A stretch of 64,000 nucleotides of DNA from the human T2T-CHM13v2.0 reference genome, Homo sapiens. A model generated the notes under the pieces. It ran no database searches. It saw only the letters and a list, made by a program, of their open reading frames with translations, and was not told the origin of the DNA. Where the stretch lies: the NCBI RefSeq assembly GCF_009914755.1, contig NC_060947.1; one strand, 5' to 3'. The position numbers and the translations under genes were made by a program. This document shows positions 33,430 through 49,250 of the stretch, one piece after another. Numbering within the stretch: position 1 is the stretch's first letter; every line of letters begins with the position of its first letter.

Positions 33430-33659
33430 AAGAATAGGGTTCCCTTTTGTACCTGGGAAATATCAGTGGTTTCAGCAAAAAGGAACTTTCTCCAAGATTA
33501 CCTATAAGGGACATAAAAAAAATCACTGTCCTTTAGGAAGCAAAGAAGAGGCAATTGATGTTTGTAGTGGTGAGGCATGAGCTCCAAAATAGATCTTCCC
33601 CAGAGACTGATCCACGGGTAAAGAAAGTCAAGGGGAATAGACTTCATCAGGATGGTGAG

Positions 33660-34147
33660 TGTATTAGGTTCATACTGCTGCTTTAACCAATTACCACACA
33701 TAGAAGGGCTTAAAATAATACAAATTTATTATTATCTTACAGTCCTAGAGGCTGGAAATCTGCAAAGGGTTTCATTACACTAAAATCAAGATGTTGCCAG
33801 AGGAGCTATCCCTCTGGCATTTCTAGGGAAGAATCTGTTTCTTTGTCTTTTCCAGGTTCTGGAGACAGCCTGTATTTCTTGGATCTTGGCTTCCTTCCAT
33901 CTTCAAAGCCAACAATGGCCAGTGTAGACCTTCTCATGATGCTTCAATCTGATATTGAGTCACTGCCTCCCTCTTCCACATTTAAAGTACCCTTGCAATT
34001 ACATTGGCCAAGATAATCCAGCATAATCTTAAATTAAATTCAGCTGATTAGCAATCTTAATGATCCTTTGCCAGGAAATATAAAATGGTACATGTTCTGG
34101 AGAACAGGACATGGACATCTTTAGGGGACCGTTACTTGCCAAACACA
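33660..34147. mobile_element. MLT1 (C/D-like) MaLR LTR
   Basis: TGTATTAG...AAATTTATT...CTTACAGTCCTAGAGGCTGGAAATCTG; ends GGACATGGACATCTTTAGGGGACC. Confidence 0.8.
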
Positions 34148-34899
34148 ATAAGGGTAGCACCTAAATGAGTTTTCAAATGGACAGCAGTAACAACAACATC
34201 AACTTCGTATTTAACCACATTGCTCTGTCTGTCCCATGCAGGAAGCAGGGAAAGGAGGGGCTCAAGAGTAGAGGACGGATGTTGGGGTGAAAGAAGAGGA
34301 TTCAAAAGGAGCCAGGTTGCTTTGTCTCGGGGAGGGGGGTGCACGGTGGGATCCTCTCCTGAGAATGACTGCTGAAACAGCAGGTAGTTGTGGCAGGTGG
34401 CTGAGATCCAAGCTGGTTCGAATACCAGCCACATTTCCACACTGCCAAATGTCATGGCAAGAGAAGACTTGACAGGGAACCGAAGAGGAGCCAGGACCAT
34501 CCCTACCTGGCGGCATCAAAGAGAGAGGACTGTTATGACCTCCTGCGGGTCCTGACAGGGAAAGGTCCTCTTCTGGGGGCAACTGTGGCGACGGCGCAAT
34601 GCCAACGTGAGCCACCATTTGAAATGAGAAAGAGCAGTGTGGCAGAAAGGAATGAGTTTGGTGCAGACCAGTGGTTGGTTTCCTAGGGTTAGAGGTCTAG
34701 GTCTACCTTCTTTTAGAAGAGGGGCAGTGGTGAGTCCTTGATGGGAGCCCCCTGCCCCGGAGTTCACTTAAGAGCAGGTGTACCTTCCTCCCCTGCGTGG
34801 CTCCACGAAGCTGGGAAAGAAACGCACAAGAGGACCACCCTAGAGCCCCGGGCCTGTATGGCCTGAAATCGCCTCTCCCCTCCCACACTGCAGTGCTGA

Positions 34900-36100
34900 C
34901 ACCCCCTTTCCCATCAGCTTCCAGAAAGGAGGGTTAGGGGACTGGGGAGAGGGAGGGGGCAGACACCCAGCAGTCCCTGTGAGGGGGGCGGTTGGGGCGG
35001 GGGTGCAGACACATCACGGGGCGGTTTGGTATCCATCCGCTGTTCTCTCCAGCGCGGCTCTTCCCGACCTCGCGATCCTGTCCCCTGCCCGGGCCCCCAG
35101 CCGCCCGCTGGTCCCATATATTACAGCAGCGACAGAAATATGGTAGTGGTCGCCACGTTAGGGTCCGTGGGGGCCTCCTGAGGCAGCCTGGTGCCAACCC
35201 GCACGCCCAGGCTGGGGCTCATCCTGGCCCTGCCCACCTCGGGGTCGGAACTACGGTGGGCCTGGGATGGGGGCGTCAAGCACTTTCGCGCCGTATCCCT
35301 CCGCCCCCCTTCCCGACACCCTCGCGGCGAGCGGTTCTTGCCGCATCCTGCGCAGCCCCTGCCTACTTTGGTGCAGAGGCGTGGGGGGCGGGACGCGTCT
35401 TTCCCGTTCGGATCGCGGGGAAAGCAGTGGCTCCAAGTGAGCCAGAGGAGAGCTGAGGAGAGGAGGGGGAGGCCGACGACCTGGGCCCTGGGCCTCTGAA
35501 GGCAAGTGCGGGTGCATGAGGTGGGGGTCCGGGTTGCGGGGGTGGTCTGGCAGGGTGGACCAGCAGGCAGCCTGCCCCGCGGACCCTGACAGCCTGGCAA
35601 CGAGGAGACGATCCGGTCGGAGCCAGGCGCTTGAGAGAGGTGCGCAGTGCCCGAGACCCCTGGCGATGGGGAGGCGGTGACCGGAGCGGGCCTGGCCAAG
35701 GGCTGAGGGGCTGGCTCGGGAGGCACCGCCAGATCGTTTGGAGGAGAACCGCGCTGACCGCTTCCCAGCCAGCTTTGCAGGCGCCCGCGCCCCGCCCTCG
35801 ACGGTGTCTGTGCCCGGAGAGGGCTGTGGGGGAGGCTCCTGCGGGAGAAATGGCGGAGCGGGAGCCGCTGTGGGGGCGCCCGGGAAGGCCGTTGGGGGGC
35901 GCCCGGCGAGGCCGGCGGGGGTCGGCGTCCCGGCTCTGTACCCAGTCCGCCGGAGGTGAGCCGCGTTTGCTACTCCGGGTCCCGATTCCCGAAAGGGGCC
36001 TGTGGGGCCCCATGTCCTCGGTGCCTTCCCTTCCCACAGGCTCCAGGTTGATGTCAAAGTCTTGTGTCTGTGCGGTAGGTCTGGCGTATTCTGACAGGAC
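34900..36100 (+). promoter_or_regulatory. GPRASP2: CpG-island promoter and first exon(s) of GPRASP2
   Basis: Dense CpG and GC boxes (GGGGCGGG), YY1-type AAATGGCGG at 35848-35856, donors AAG|GCAAGT (35501/35502) and GAG|GTGAGC (35955/35956). Confidence 0.85.
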
Positions 36101-36166
36101 ACAGTGAGCGTCTGTAGAGGAGAGGCTTGAAATAAAGGAGCACGAATATTGCCTGGATTTCTGGAG
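36079..36166 (+). other. GPRASP2: Predicted non-coding 5'UTR exon (alternative acceptor at 36040)
   Basis: GTGCGGTAG| acceptor, GAG|GTGTGT donor; no ATG. Confidence 0.55.
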
Positions 36167-36730
36167 GTGTGTGGGGATGGGGGTTGGGCGCTAAACACTG
36201 ATTGGGGACCCGAATCGGGGTAGGGGACTGTGACCAGAGCAAGTCAGGCATCCAGGAGCACCTCCTAATCTTCACCTCTCTAATGGCGCTCCCCCCACCT
36301 TCCATCCCCACCTGTCTCCCCCACCGTCCTAAACTGGGGGCATGAAAGGGTGGGCTTTGGAGGTGGGGGTGATGAGGGAGACATACTGACAAGTACTAAT
36401 TCACAACCTGTTTTCTAGAATATGCGGCGCCCTTCCCCCATTTTATGCTGCGCAGAGCAAGGGGATGTGGCGCACCTAGTGGTGAATCCTCAGAATTGGA
36501 GAAGGGAGTAATGGGAAGAATATGACGTCAAGAGAAGGAGTTGTTATCTCTGGAACCTTGAAGCAGGGCCCAAATAAAACGAGAATATTCCACCAGCAAA
36601 ACCCCGAATGTTGAAAGACAGATACCAATAATATGGGGACTCTTATCCTTGGCGTTGGCCTGTCTACCAAGTGCTCTTCTGCCACCACTCATATCCTGAC
36701 TGTCTTACTTTTTCATGTGTTTGTCCATAG

Positions 36731-36798
36731 GCCTACTTTAAGGCTGGCCAATTCTGCAAGAAAGGCAAGGAGGAGGAGACTGGCTCACAGCTCTGGAG
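36731..36798 (+). other. GPRASP2: Predicted non-coding 5'UTR exon
   Basis: TTTTTCATGTGTTTGTCCATAG| acceptor, GAG|GTTAGT donor; no ATG. Confidence 0.65.
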
Positions 36799-37137
36799 GT
36801 TAGTGAGAAGGGGGAGAGGACAATGCAGGGGACAGTTGGAGAGAGCATGGCAGGTGGCAGATCCACTTCCACCTGTAGTAGAAGTGGCAGACCCACTTCT
36901 ATTCTGCCGGATTTGCACAGTGCCAGCATCCTTTTTATTTCTTGCAGGAGACACGAGATAGGTGTAGGTTGGGTTGTGACTCAGAAAAGACCTGAGAGCA
37001 GGGACTAGGACACAGGAAACCATAGATACATTGAACTCTTGAATGGGAAGACAGATATTTGTCACAGGGGCCAGAGTGCCCACCTACCTACCAAGCACTC
37101 ACACTCCATTCTCTCCTGTATGTTCACTTGTCTGTAG

Positions 37138-37215
37138 GACCCCCTTCTGTCAGCTGTGGGGCTTGACACCACTTGAACAAGAAAAGGAGGGGGAAACTGC
37201 ACCACATCAGTGAAG
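37138..37215 (+). other. GPRASP2: Predicted non-coding 5'UTR exon
   Basis: TTCACTTGTCTGTAG| acceptor, AAG|GTTGGT donor; no ATG. Confidence 0.65.
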
Positions 37216-37773
37216 GTTGGTATGAGAGCGGGTATACTTTTGGGCGGGGTAGTGGAGACCAGCATGGGTCCGGGAGTGATTAGGGTCCAATCTGGGGGCT
37301 TCTTGGCCCCTCCCATTGCCGACACACTTTCCCACCATTGTTGGACCTGTTTTGTAGGAGGCAGCCGGTCCAGAGAGACTTTCTCAAAGCCCAGCTGTCC
37401 CACCTAGCATTCAACATCAGTCGCACTGCATACGTCTCATACAATTGGAAGAGACTCAAAGCCTCATTTCATTCTCTCTCCCTAGATCCACCTCCAGTGG
37501 CTGCTCTGCTGGTGGTGGAGTTGCTGCTGACAACCACCCTCAACGGGTCTGCACCCATCCAGGAAATATCTGTCTTCCTTTAGCTTGGTTGTACCTGTTC
37601 TCACTCTATCTGTATTATTGAATTATTGACTGAGACTGTGTTTGGGAAGGAGGCTGAGTGACTACTGGACTGGATATTGACTCTAACTCTTATTCCCAAG
37701 CTTATATCCTTAATCACCTAAAGATCAGAGTGTGAAGAAACAAACCTGTGACAGATCTGTGGTTGAGGTTTAG

Positions 37774-40335
<2,562 letters not shown>

Positions 40336-40656
40336 TATGATTAACCACCTGCCGCTGATCAGCCTTATGTTCCCAAAGAGCCCTGAGTAGTGCTTTGGTG
40401 TTCACAGTCTGTTTTTTTGTTGTAACTTATATTTTTTAATGCTGATGTTAACTTTGTCAAACTCTTGTTTTGAGCTGGATCATTTTGTGGATGCCAAATG
40501 AATATCAAAACTGAAAACACATTTGTTGATATTTGTCTTGCTGTCCAGATTGCGGTATTTTTCAGTATTAAGTTTTCAATGAACTGTGTCACCTAAGTAA
40601 GCTACCCTGCTATTCGTTGTTTAAATATATGGTTCTCTATTTGAGTCTGTGTTTTC

Positions 40657-40662
40657 AATAAA
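40657..40662 (+). terminator. GPRASP2: Polyadenylation signal of GPRASP2
   Basis: AATAAA ~320 nt after the stop, at the end of a U-rich 3'UTR. Confidence 0.8.
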
Positions 40663-41805
40663 GTTCTATGTTAAAATTGGCATAAGTGACCCTTCTTCAG
40701 TTTAAGAACCATGTACAGATAAATCGTGTGCACTTACAAACATAGGTAATTATTAGTATGACAAACATGCGCTTATTAGAAAATTCTGTTCTTGAGTTAA
40801 GAAGGGAGAGATTATTGTGGGCCCTGATACTTGAGGAATGTTTCCGAGAAGAGGGACCCACTTAAATTGGTCAGGATAGAACAAATTGGTCAGGATAGGA
40901 GAGCAAGACAACTTGCCCGCCTGCTTGCCCAATTATGAGCCTTCCCAACAAGCAACCTAAAATTAATACTTCTTATAGGACCCATTTAAATTACCATCTT
41001 AGCCCTGGGATTTGCCTAAGGGTAGGATAAGACAAATCATTAGGTTGCTCTTGGAAGTGGGCAGTGGTGGTTTGAAGAAAAGTGTGTAATTGAATAATCT
41101 GTTCTAGTAGCATGGATGAACCCAGTCTGCTTGAAACAAGTAAAAGGAGTTTGATGAGAAATGCAGTTAGAAAGTTGGGAAGAGGCCAATTTGGGGAACA
41201 GAATAAGCCAAATCTGCATATTTAACAATTCAAAGTACAGGTGTTACTTCAATGCCACCTAAAGGCTGAAAGAGTAGGATAGCACAATTAAATGGAGTGG
41301 GGAATATGATTTCCTTTATATTCCTAGACAAAGGAAAGTGTTAAGGAAATACCATGCAGCCGTTGGAATGATTATGTATGGATAGGTTTATTGACACAAA
41401 AGGACATTAATTATTTTATATTTGGTGAAACAGAGAATGTGACATCATGTATGGAAAATTAGATTCCATTTTTAAAACATCTGTAAATGTACACAATTCC
41501 TATGCAATTTCAATATGAATTTCTAAACACAGTCTGGAATAAAATATATACCTTGTTAAAAAATGCTTAGAGACAGGCGTTGGGGAGATACAAACATTAA
41601 TAAGACAAATTAAAAAATTAATATGCTTACATTTTGTGCCTTGAGTTATAGATGAGCATGCCGGAAAGGACAGAATTATATAAATGAATAAACTATAAGT
41701 GTTAAAAAATGATTAGAGATAATATCATTTAGAAAAGTTGTAAATGAATGAGCTATCAGAAAGACTAGCTTTTTATAAAACGTTTTCAAGATAAAAATTA
41801 AAATT

Positions 41806-42418
<613 letters not shown>

Positions 42419-43459
42419 TTACCAAGGGTGTTAAGTTTAATATTAGTCTGTTCATGGTACAAAAATGGCACCTTTTTCACATAATTATTACCGTAAAAAA
42501 CATAACATTTCCTTTTGAGGTGACAACAAAGTTCTGGAGCTAGATAGTGGTGATGGTTGTACAACATTGATAATGTACTGGGTTGTATACTTTAAAATGG
42601 TTAAAATGTTAAATTTTATGTTATGTGTATTTTGCCACGATAATTTAAAAAATGACCACACAATACCTTCAGTCAGGAGAATTGGAAGACAGGGCTATAT
42701 GTTGGTTTGGAGAGGAAATTCAGACGTACGAGAAATATCCAATGTTTTATTATTTTTAGACATAACATTTATTTGTCTGAGAATGTTCTAAATTTTCAAA
42801 GGTAAAATTACAATTCATGTAAATGTAAAAAGAATATGTGAAAGATTTTTCAACACAATCAACAACTGCTAGGATTAAGAAAACAGTTGAAGGGTATATG
42901 TGTATATACAATATACACAATATGAAGATATAAACAAAACATTGAATTTCATAAACACATAGGAAATTAATAAATGTTAGAATAACACTGCCAGGTTAAA
43001 TATAAAACGGGTTAATATCTTACAGGGCAATAAATTGTAACATTTAAGGTTTTCTATTGCACTGGACATAAATCATTTACATATTTATTGAATAAAATAT
43101 CTACATGTTAACATCAGTGTCTACAGAGTTGAAAAATAGGTAAATCAATAGACATCCTGCACTGCCCTGAAATGACATCCAGTAACTGAAGGTGACTTTA
43201 TCTAAGTTTGGTATAATTTTTCTGACAGTGCAACATGCTTTTTTTCCCCACCTGATCCTAGTTTGGTAAGGTAATATGGAAGTGGCAGTTTTGCCTCCCA
43301 TCGCAAGCCATAAGTTTTAACAGGGATTATCCTGGTGGTGCAAATTGGAGTTTGAATGTTTGTTTTGCTTACCAGCATTTTTCAAGACAGATCTGTGTGT
43401 GTTTTAGTATGTCGCTTGAGTCGTATACAAAATATTAAAAATCACTTCATTTCCCAAAT

Positions 43460-44060
43460 CCTCATCGAATGTTCCTCGCCAGCCGAGTGGTCCTCCAGAG
43501 CAAAGGCCAGCCTTCCTTCCAGCTGTCTGGCCAAGGAGCTTCAGGATCTTCTAGCAAGCACCCCAGAGGCAGAAGACTGTCATCCATGGTACAGGACTGC
43601 GGCGAACAAGCTGACTGCGCAGTCACGTGGGGCTGACGGTGGGTCATGTGACCAGGCTCTGCATTAGGCCTGCCGAGAGGAGTGTTTTCTTGCATCCAGA
43701 AAAGACCTGAGAGGCGGACGACACCTGTGCTCCGCAGAGCAGAACGTGGGAGGAACGGCGGGATGTTAAGGTAGGTAGGTGTCTTTCCATGCTGCATCAG
43801 CCTGAAAACTAATTTCTCAGGCGACTGGAACTACAGCATTTGTTGGTAAAGGAAACAATCCGTCAGCCAACCGGGAGCGTCTTAGCCCGTCTGTCTTTTG
43901 TCCAGGAGCTCAAGAAGCAGAGAGTCTACCTGCCCGACGCGTTCGTGGAGAGGAGCAGCGGTTGCTGTTGGAGGAGGTGGGTGCAAGGACGGCAGATGGC
44001 ATCCCTGAGAGGTGGTGACTGAGACTAGATGCGGGTGCAGGTAATGCCTCAGATCCGCCT
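43460..44060 (+). promoter_or_regulatory. BHLHB9: Second CpG-rich promoter with two candidate first exons; probably the next cluster gene
   Basis: Local CpG enrichment, E-boxes GTCACGTG (43622-43629) and GGTCATGTGACC (43642-43653), donors AAG|GTAGGT (43770/43771) and CAG|GTAATG (44040/44041). Gene identity is from recalled gene order only. Confidence 0.6.
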
Positions 44061-44889
44061 GCTCCCTCCTGCCTTTTGAACACCCTTGACCCCTCATCCC
44101 AAGGCTCCCAGCCCAGTGCCCTGTGTTTGTATGTGTGGGTGGGGGAGGTGGGCATATGGATGGAGTTGGCTTCAGGGGAGCCCAGAGCGGGGAAATGGTG
44201 AAGTGACAATTCGTGAACACCTGTGGTGCTGGATCAGGAAAGGCAGGGGTGGGGATGGGAACCGTGAGCTATGCGTCCGCACTCATTCTACTCTCTGTCT
44301 TCTTACTGGCAGTATTCAGGCAGTGGGGATGGCTGATACCAGCTCAAAACTGGCGGAGGGTGGAGGAGGGCAGAAGAGAACACATACATCTGCCTTTTGC
44401 TCCAAGGCTCCAGCTGGCTGGGGATGCAAGAGAGGAATGAACCTCAATCCCGGCAGTTCTAGGAAAAGGAGGAGGAGACATAGACTCGAGGGGAGGAAAC
44501 CTAGATGCTGTGGGCCCTTCACCTAGGATTTCTCATTAGGATACTCCAAGCTTCTCGACCCCCAAGGGGATTCCTGGATCTCAGCCCCATGCAGCAGGAT
44601 CTCATTCCCATTGAGGGACACAAAGTGGGTTGCTACTCCGTGTGAGCTCTCTCTCCCTGCTGTCTTGGGCCTCAGAGGAGGGTCTTTCTGGGGACCACCT
44701 ACAGAAACTGCTTCATGGATAGTCTCCTAAGTTTCCCTCTGCATACCCTTTGCTCTCTTGTGTTGTGATCTCTGCTCATTCCTTAGGATGTGTTTCTTTG
44801 GTCCCATCCTAGGTAGCAGCCCCATGGTAAGTCCTTGTCCTCTTTCACATCGAGTATCCTCCTTTCCCCCTACCCCATGCACCCACTGG

Positions 44890-45755
44890 GTACCAAGTGA
44901 AAGAAAATGGTTCCTCTACCCACAATACTTCTGGCACAGAATGTGTGGATTTTTCACACCAAGCAATTCTCTTATTCTTTGAGGACATCAGCTAGGTATT
45001 CTACAATTTAATTCAATTCTGATACTACCCAGAGTTAGTGCAGACCTCTCTGGTTAAGGGCTCATTCCCATAAGACTGCCCTCCCTCACTTCAGACAACA
45101 GTCACAAGTAATGGATCTCCATGTCACCCACACTTCTGTCTGACTTAGCTACTAGTTGGAAGTTCCCACAACCCCCTCCTCAGGTTCAATAATTTGCTAT
45201 AAGGGCCCACAGAACTCAGGGAAACACTACTTCCTATTACTGGTTCATTATAAAGGATATAAATCAAAAGCCAGATGAAGAGGTACATATGGCAAGGTCC
45301 AGAAGGGTCCCAAATGCAGAAGCTGCCATCCATGTGGATTTGGGGTACACCACCTTCCCAGAATATGAATGAGTTCACCAACCTGGAACCTCTCAGACAT
45401 TTGGGATTTTTATAGAGGTTTCATTACATAGGCGTGATTGATGAAATCATTGACCATTGGTGATTAGCTCAATCTTCAGCCCCTCTCTTCTCCTTGGAGG
45501 TCAAGGGGTGAGGCTGAAAGTTCCAACCCTCTAATCATGCCTTGGTCTTTCTGGTGACCATCCATATCTTGAAGCTATCTAGTGCACCCACCAGTCATCT
45601 CGGAACATAAAAAAAGACACCTATCACTCCAGAGATTCCAAGGGTCTTAGTGTCAAGAACTTGAGACTAAAGCCACATGTAACAAAAGATGCTTCCGTTA
45701 TCCCTATCAGGAAATAGCAAGGGTTCTAGGAGCTCTATGCCAGGAATATGGGACA
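44890..45755. mobile_element. MER21-like LTR; its terminus resumes at ~46120-46165 after an L1 insertion
   Basis: GGTTAAGGGCTCATTCCCATAAGACTGCCC; GGCTGAAAGTTCCAACCCTCTAATCATG. Confidence 0.75.
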
Positions 45756-45759
45756 AAGA

Positions 45760-46085
45760 ATTATGGTTACCAAAGGCTGGAAAGGGTATTGGGGATGGGG
45801 TATAAAAAGGAGTTGGTTAATGGGTACAACAATACAGTTAGAAGGAATATGATCTAGTGTTCAGTAGCACAATAGGGTGCCTATAGTTAACAATAGTTAT
45901 TATATATTTCAGTATAATTAGAAGAATAGATTTGGAATGTCCTCAGTGCAACAAAATGATAAATATTTAAGGTGATGTATATCTCAATTACATTACACAT
46001 TCTATGCTTATATCAAAATATAATTTATACCCCATAAATATGTACAAATATTGCATATCCATGTGAATTAAAAATTTTAAAAAAT
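45760..46085 (+). mobile_element. L1MA 3' end
   Basis: GTTGGTTAATGGGTACAA...TACCCCATAAATATGTACAA 3'UTR signature. Confidence 0.8.
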
Positions 46086-46529
46086 TTTAAAAATAACTCA
46101 TTTCAAATTTCAATCAAAATAAAAAAGATCAAATGCTGATTTCTTCATATATCACAATACATACAAAGTCAGTGTAAGAAAGTGTTGCTAGGAAGAAATG
46201 ACTTTTTCTAATCCCACTCCTATCCTTATGTTTATACCAAGTTTATAGAGTTGAAACTATGTTGTTCTACTACTTTAAGCCCTCCTATTTAGACTTAAAA
46301 GCTAGGATAGATACAAGGTATGTGGGGCAAAATCATAGGTAGAGATTAGTCCCTAGGACTGCATCCTCGTCTCCTACCCTCTCCTATTATTTTCTTCTCT
46401 TTACTCTCCAGAATTCTGATAATATAAGTACTGGGGCCAGCATTCAGCTTATGGTTTTCTACTCAAGCTGTCTTGTCTCTTGTCTCTGTGTGTTTTTTCG
46501 AGTATGTCAACAGAGAAGACTTCAAGTAT

Positions 46530-47210
46530 GGTGTGGTATAATAGAGAATATAGCTGATCTTTATCCCTAGTTGCTGACACAGCTTCAAAAAATCTTGGAA
46601 TTTCCTGTGTGACAGGAGTATCTTTGTTATGCTAATGAAGTGACTTATGGTGGGCCCCTAGATAGCTTCAGGATGGGGACTGGTCACCAGAAGGACCAAC
46701 CATGTGATTAAAGGGTTGGAACTTTGGGCCAGCTCAACCTTCAGGGAAGGTAGTGGGGCTAGGTATTAAGTTCAATCACAACCAATGGTTTAATCAATCT
46801 TGCCTATGTAATAAAACCCCAGTGAAAACTTTGAACTTCAGGGATAAGTGGAGCTTCTTGGTTGGTGAACATATTGTTCTCTAGGGAGAGTGGTGTACCC
46901 TGACTCCATAAGGAGAGGGTATGGAAGCTTTGTGTCCAGAATGCTTTCAGACCTTGTCCTGTGTATATCCTTAAATGAAACTGTAATAATAAGAATAGCA
47001 CTTTTCTTGAGTTCTACGAGTTGTTTCAGTTAATTATGAAACCTCATAATGTCATAGGAACTCCTGAATTTATAAGTGGTCAGTCAGAAGCATGGGTGGC
47101 TTCCTGAGAATTGGGGCTGGTATCTGATCTAAAGTGGGGGCAGTATTGTTGGTGATTGTGCCCTTAAACCTGTGGAGTCCAATGCTAACTCCAAGTAGTT
47201 GGTTTCAAAT
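46530..47210. mobile_element. MER21C-like LTR, opposite orientation to the preceding MER21
   Basis: CATGTGATTAAAGGGTTGGAACTTT is the near reverse complement of the 45518-45540 motif. Confidence 0.7.
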
Positions 47211-47407
47211 ATTTGATATCAGAACAATAGTGTAATTTTCCCTAGTTTTAGCAGCCACACCTAGATTAATATACATAAAGCTTACCTTTGCTGTGTATTC
47301 TACATCAACAAGTTAAAATGAAGGATTCAGACCCAACAGTGTATTATGGGTGAAAAAAGCAGTCTGTTTTTGTGGCATGTACCTGTAATTTAGATAATTT
47401 TTAAAAT

Positions 47408-47475
47408 TATCTATGTATCTATTTATCTATATCTATCTATGTGTCTATCTATCTAATCTATCTATCCATCTATCC
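47408..47475. repeat. Imperfect (TCTA)n microsatellite
   Basis: Read directly from the sequence. Confidence 0.85.
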
Positions 47476-47666
47476 TGTCATCATTTTTTTTCTTATCACA
47501 GCTCCCTTAGCCTAGAATTCCTGTTGTGGGTATTGCATTTATATTTAGAAAACTTCAAATTGTGGCCTGATTAAATACTTCTAAGTCCCAAATGTACTCC
47601 AAAGCAGATACTTAAACAGTTTATGCCTGTAGAATTTTTTAATCTCAGCCGAAGAGCAGGGTGACT

Positions 47667-47668
<2 letters not shown>

Positions 47669-47703
<35 letters not shown>
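47669..47703. repeat. (TG)n microsatellite, ~17 units
   Basis: Read directly from the sequence. Confidence 0.97.
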
Positions 47704-47705
<2 letters not shown>

Positions 47706-48413
47706 CCAAGCAAAATGATGATTGCCTTTGTTCTGACTTGTAGCGGGTAGAATCCTTCCTCAATTATTTTTCTGGGGTGTAGTTGAAATAAAAACTTCAT
47801 CATTCACTCAGTCCTCTTGTTCCTTCTCCCTTTTTTGATAAATATTATGGGCTACTTTATATAATAGAGGCTACTTCAGATGTCACTTGGCCTAAAATGT
47901 TGTTGTGTGGGGATAGTATCAGAGTGAATTTTTCATCTGTCTAGTCTGGACTTTTAGCAGCCACTAATTCTCAACTCTGCCCCCAATTTCAAAAGAGCAA
48001 CCTTCAATGGGATCTCATCTATAAAATACCACCAGATTTTCTATCAAGGCTTTCACAACCTTGCACCCTTTAATACAAGTCTGCCTTTCTATCTCCATCT
48101 CTCATAACATTCTTCCAAGTCAAGGCCAGGACTAGAATGAAATGAAGAAAGAAGCTCTTGTTCTCAAGTGCCTCACACTATTCCAGGCCTTGCCCCACTT
48201 TGCCTGCAGTCAAGCCCCACTGGAAAATCTGTTGTTTTCCCAACTGTATTGTGTGCTTTACTACTTTTATGCCTTTCCCACATGCTGTCCCTTCAATCTT
48301 CAATGTTCTTACCCTTTTTCTGTCTATGGGAAACATCATTTGGGCTCAGTTCAAATGCCAGGGCCTTTTTGAAGTCTGATACCTCCTCGCCCTTATCCCT
48401 TGCCCCTTGGTAG

Positions 48414-48795
<382 letters not shown>

Positions 48796-48999
48796 CACTT
48801 GTTTCTTTATACCATGCATCAGAGTCTTTTTATTTTTTTATTTTTATTTTTTAATGAATAACATAGAACTAGTGTTGAGGGACAGGAAGCATAGAGAAAG
48901 AAGCTTGGACTCTGGAAGTGTGATTCAAACCCCAGTCTGTCTGACTGCAAAGCCTGAATGTTTACTACTTAAAATAGTAATTTGTGTTAATATTAAGAT

Positions 49000-49250
49000 T
49001 TATTGGATTTATTGGGTGATTTCTATGTGCCAGGGTACTCTACTAAGGGCTCTAAATGTATTCACTTAGTTAATCCTCAAAACAAACTTATGAGGTAGGT
49101 GCTGCTATTGTTTCCATTCTACATATGAGGAAGCTGAGGCACACATTGGTTAAGTAGCTTAGCCAACCTCACTGAGTTGGTTAGCAGAGGAGGTGACATT
49201 CCCACCTTTGTGGTTTGAATCTGGAGCTGATGTGCATTACTTCTATGCTA
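49000..49250. mobile_element. MIR
   Basis: TAATCCTCAAAACAAACTTATGAGGTAGG...ATGAGGAAGCTGAGGCAC core. Confidence 0.8.

Noticed and set aside
34992-36392. Several overlapping 100-315 aa ORFs on both strands
   Set aside because: They lie in the CpG island where stops are scarce; Pro/Gly/Arg/Ala-rich, no recognisable domain, mostly non-ATG starts.
40864-40898. Duplicated AAATTGGTCAGGATAG
   Set aside because: Small slippage duplication downstream of the poly-A site with no sign of function.
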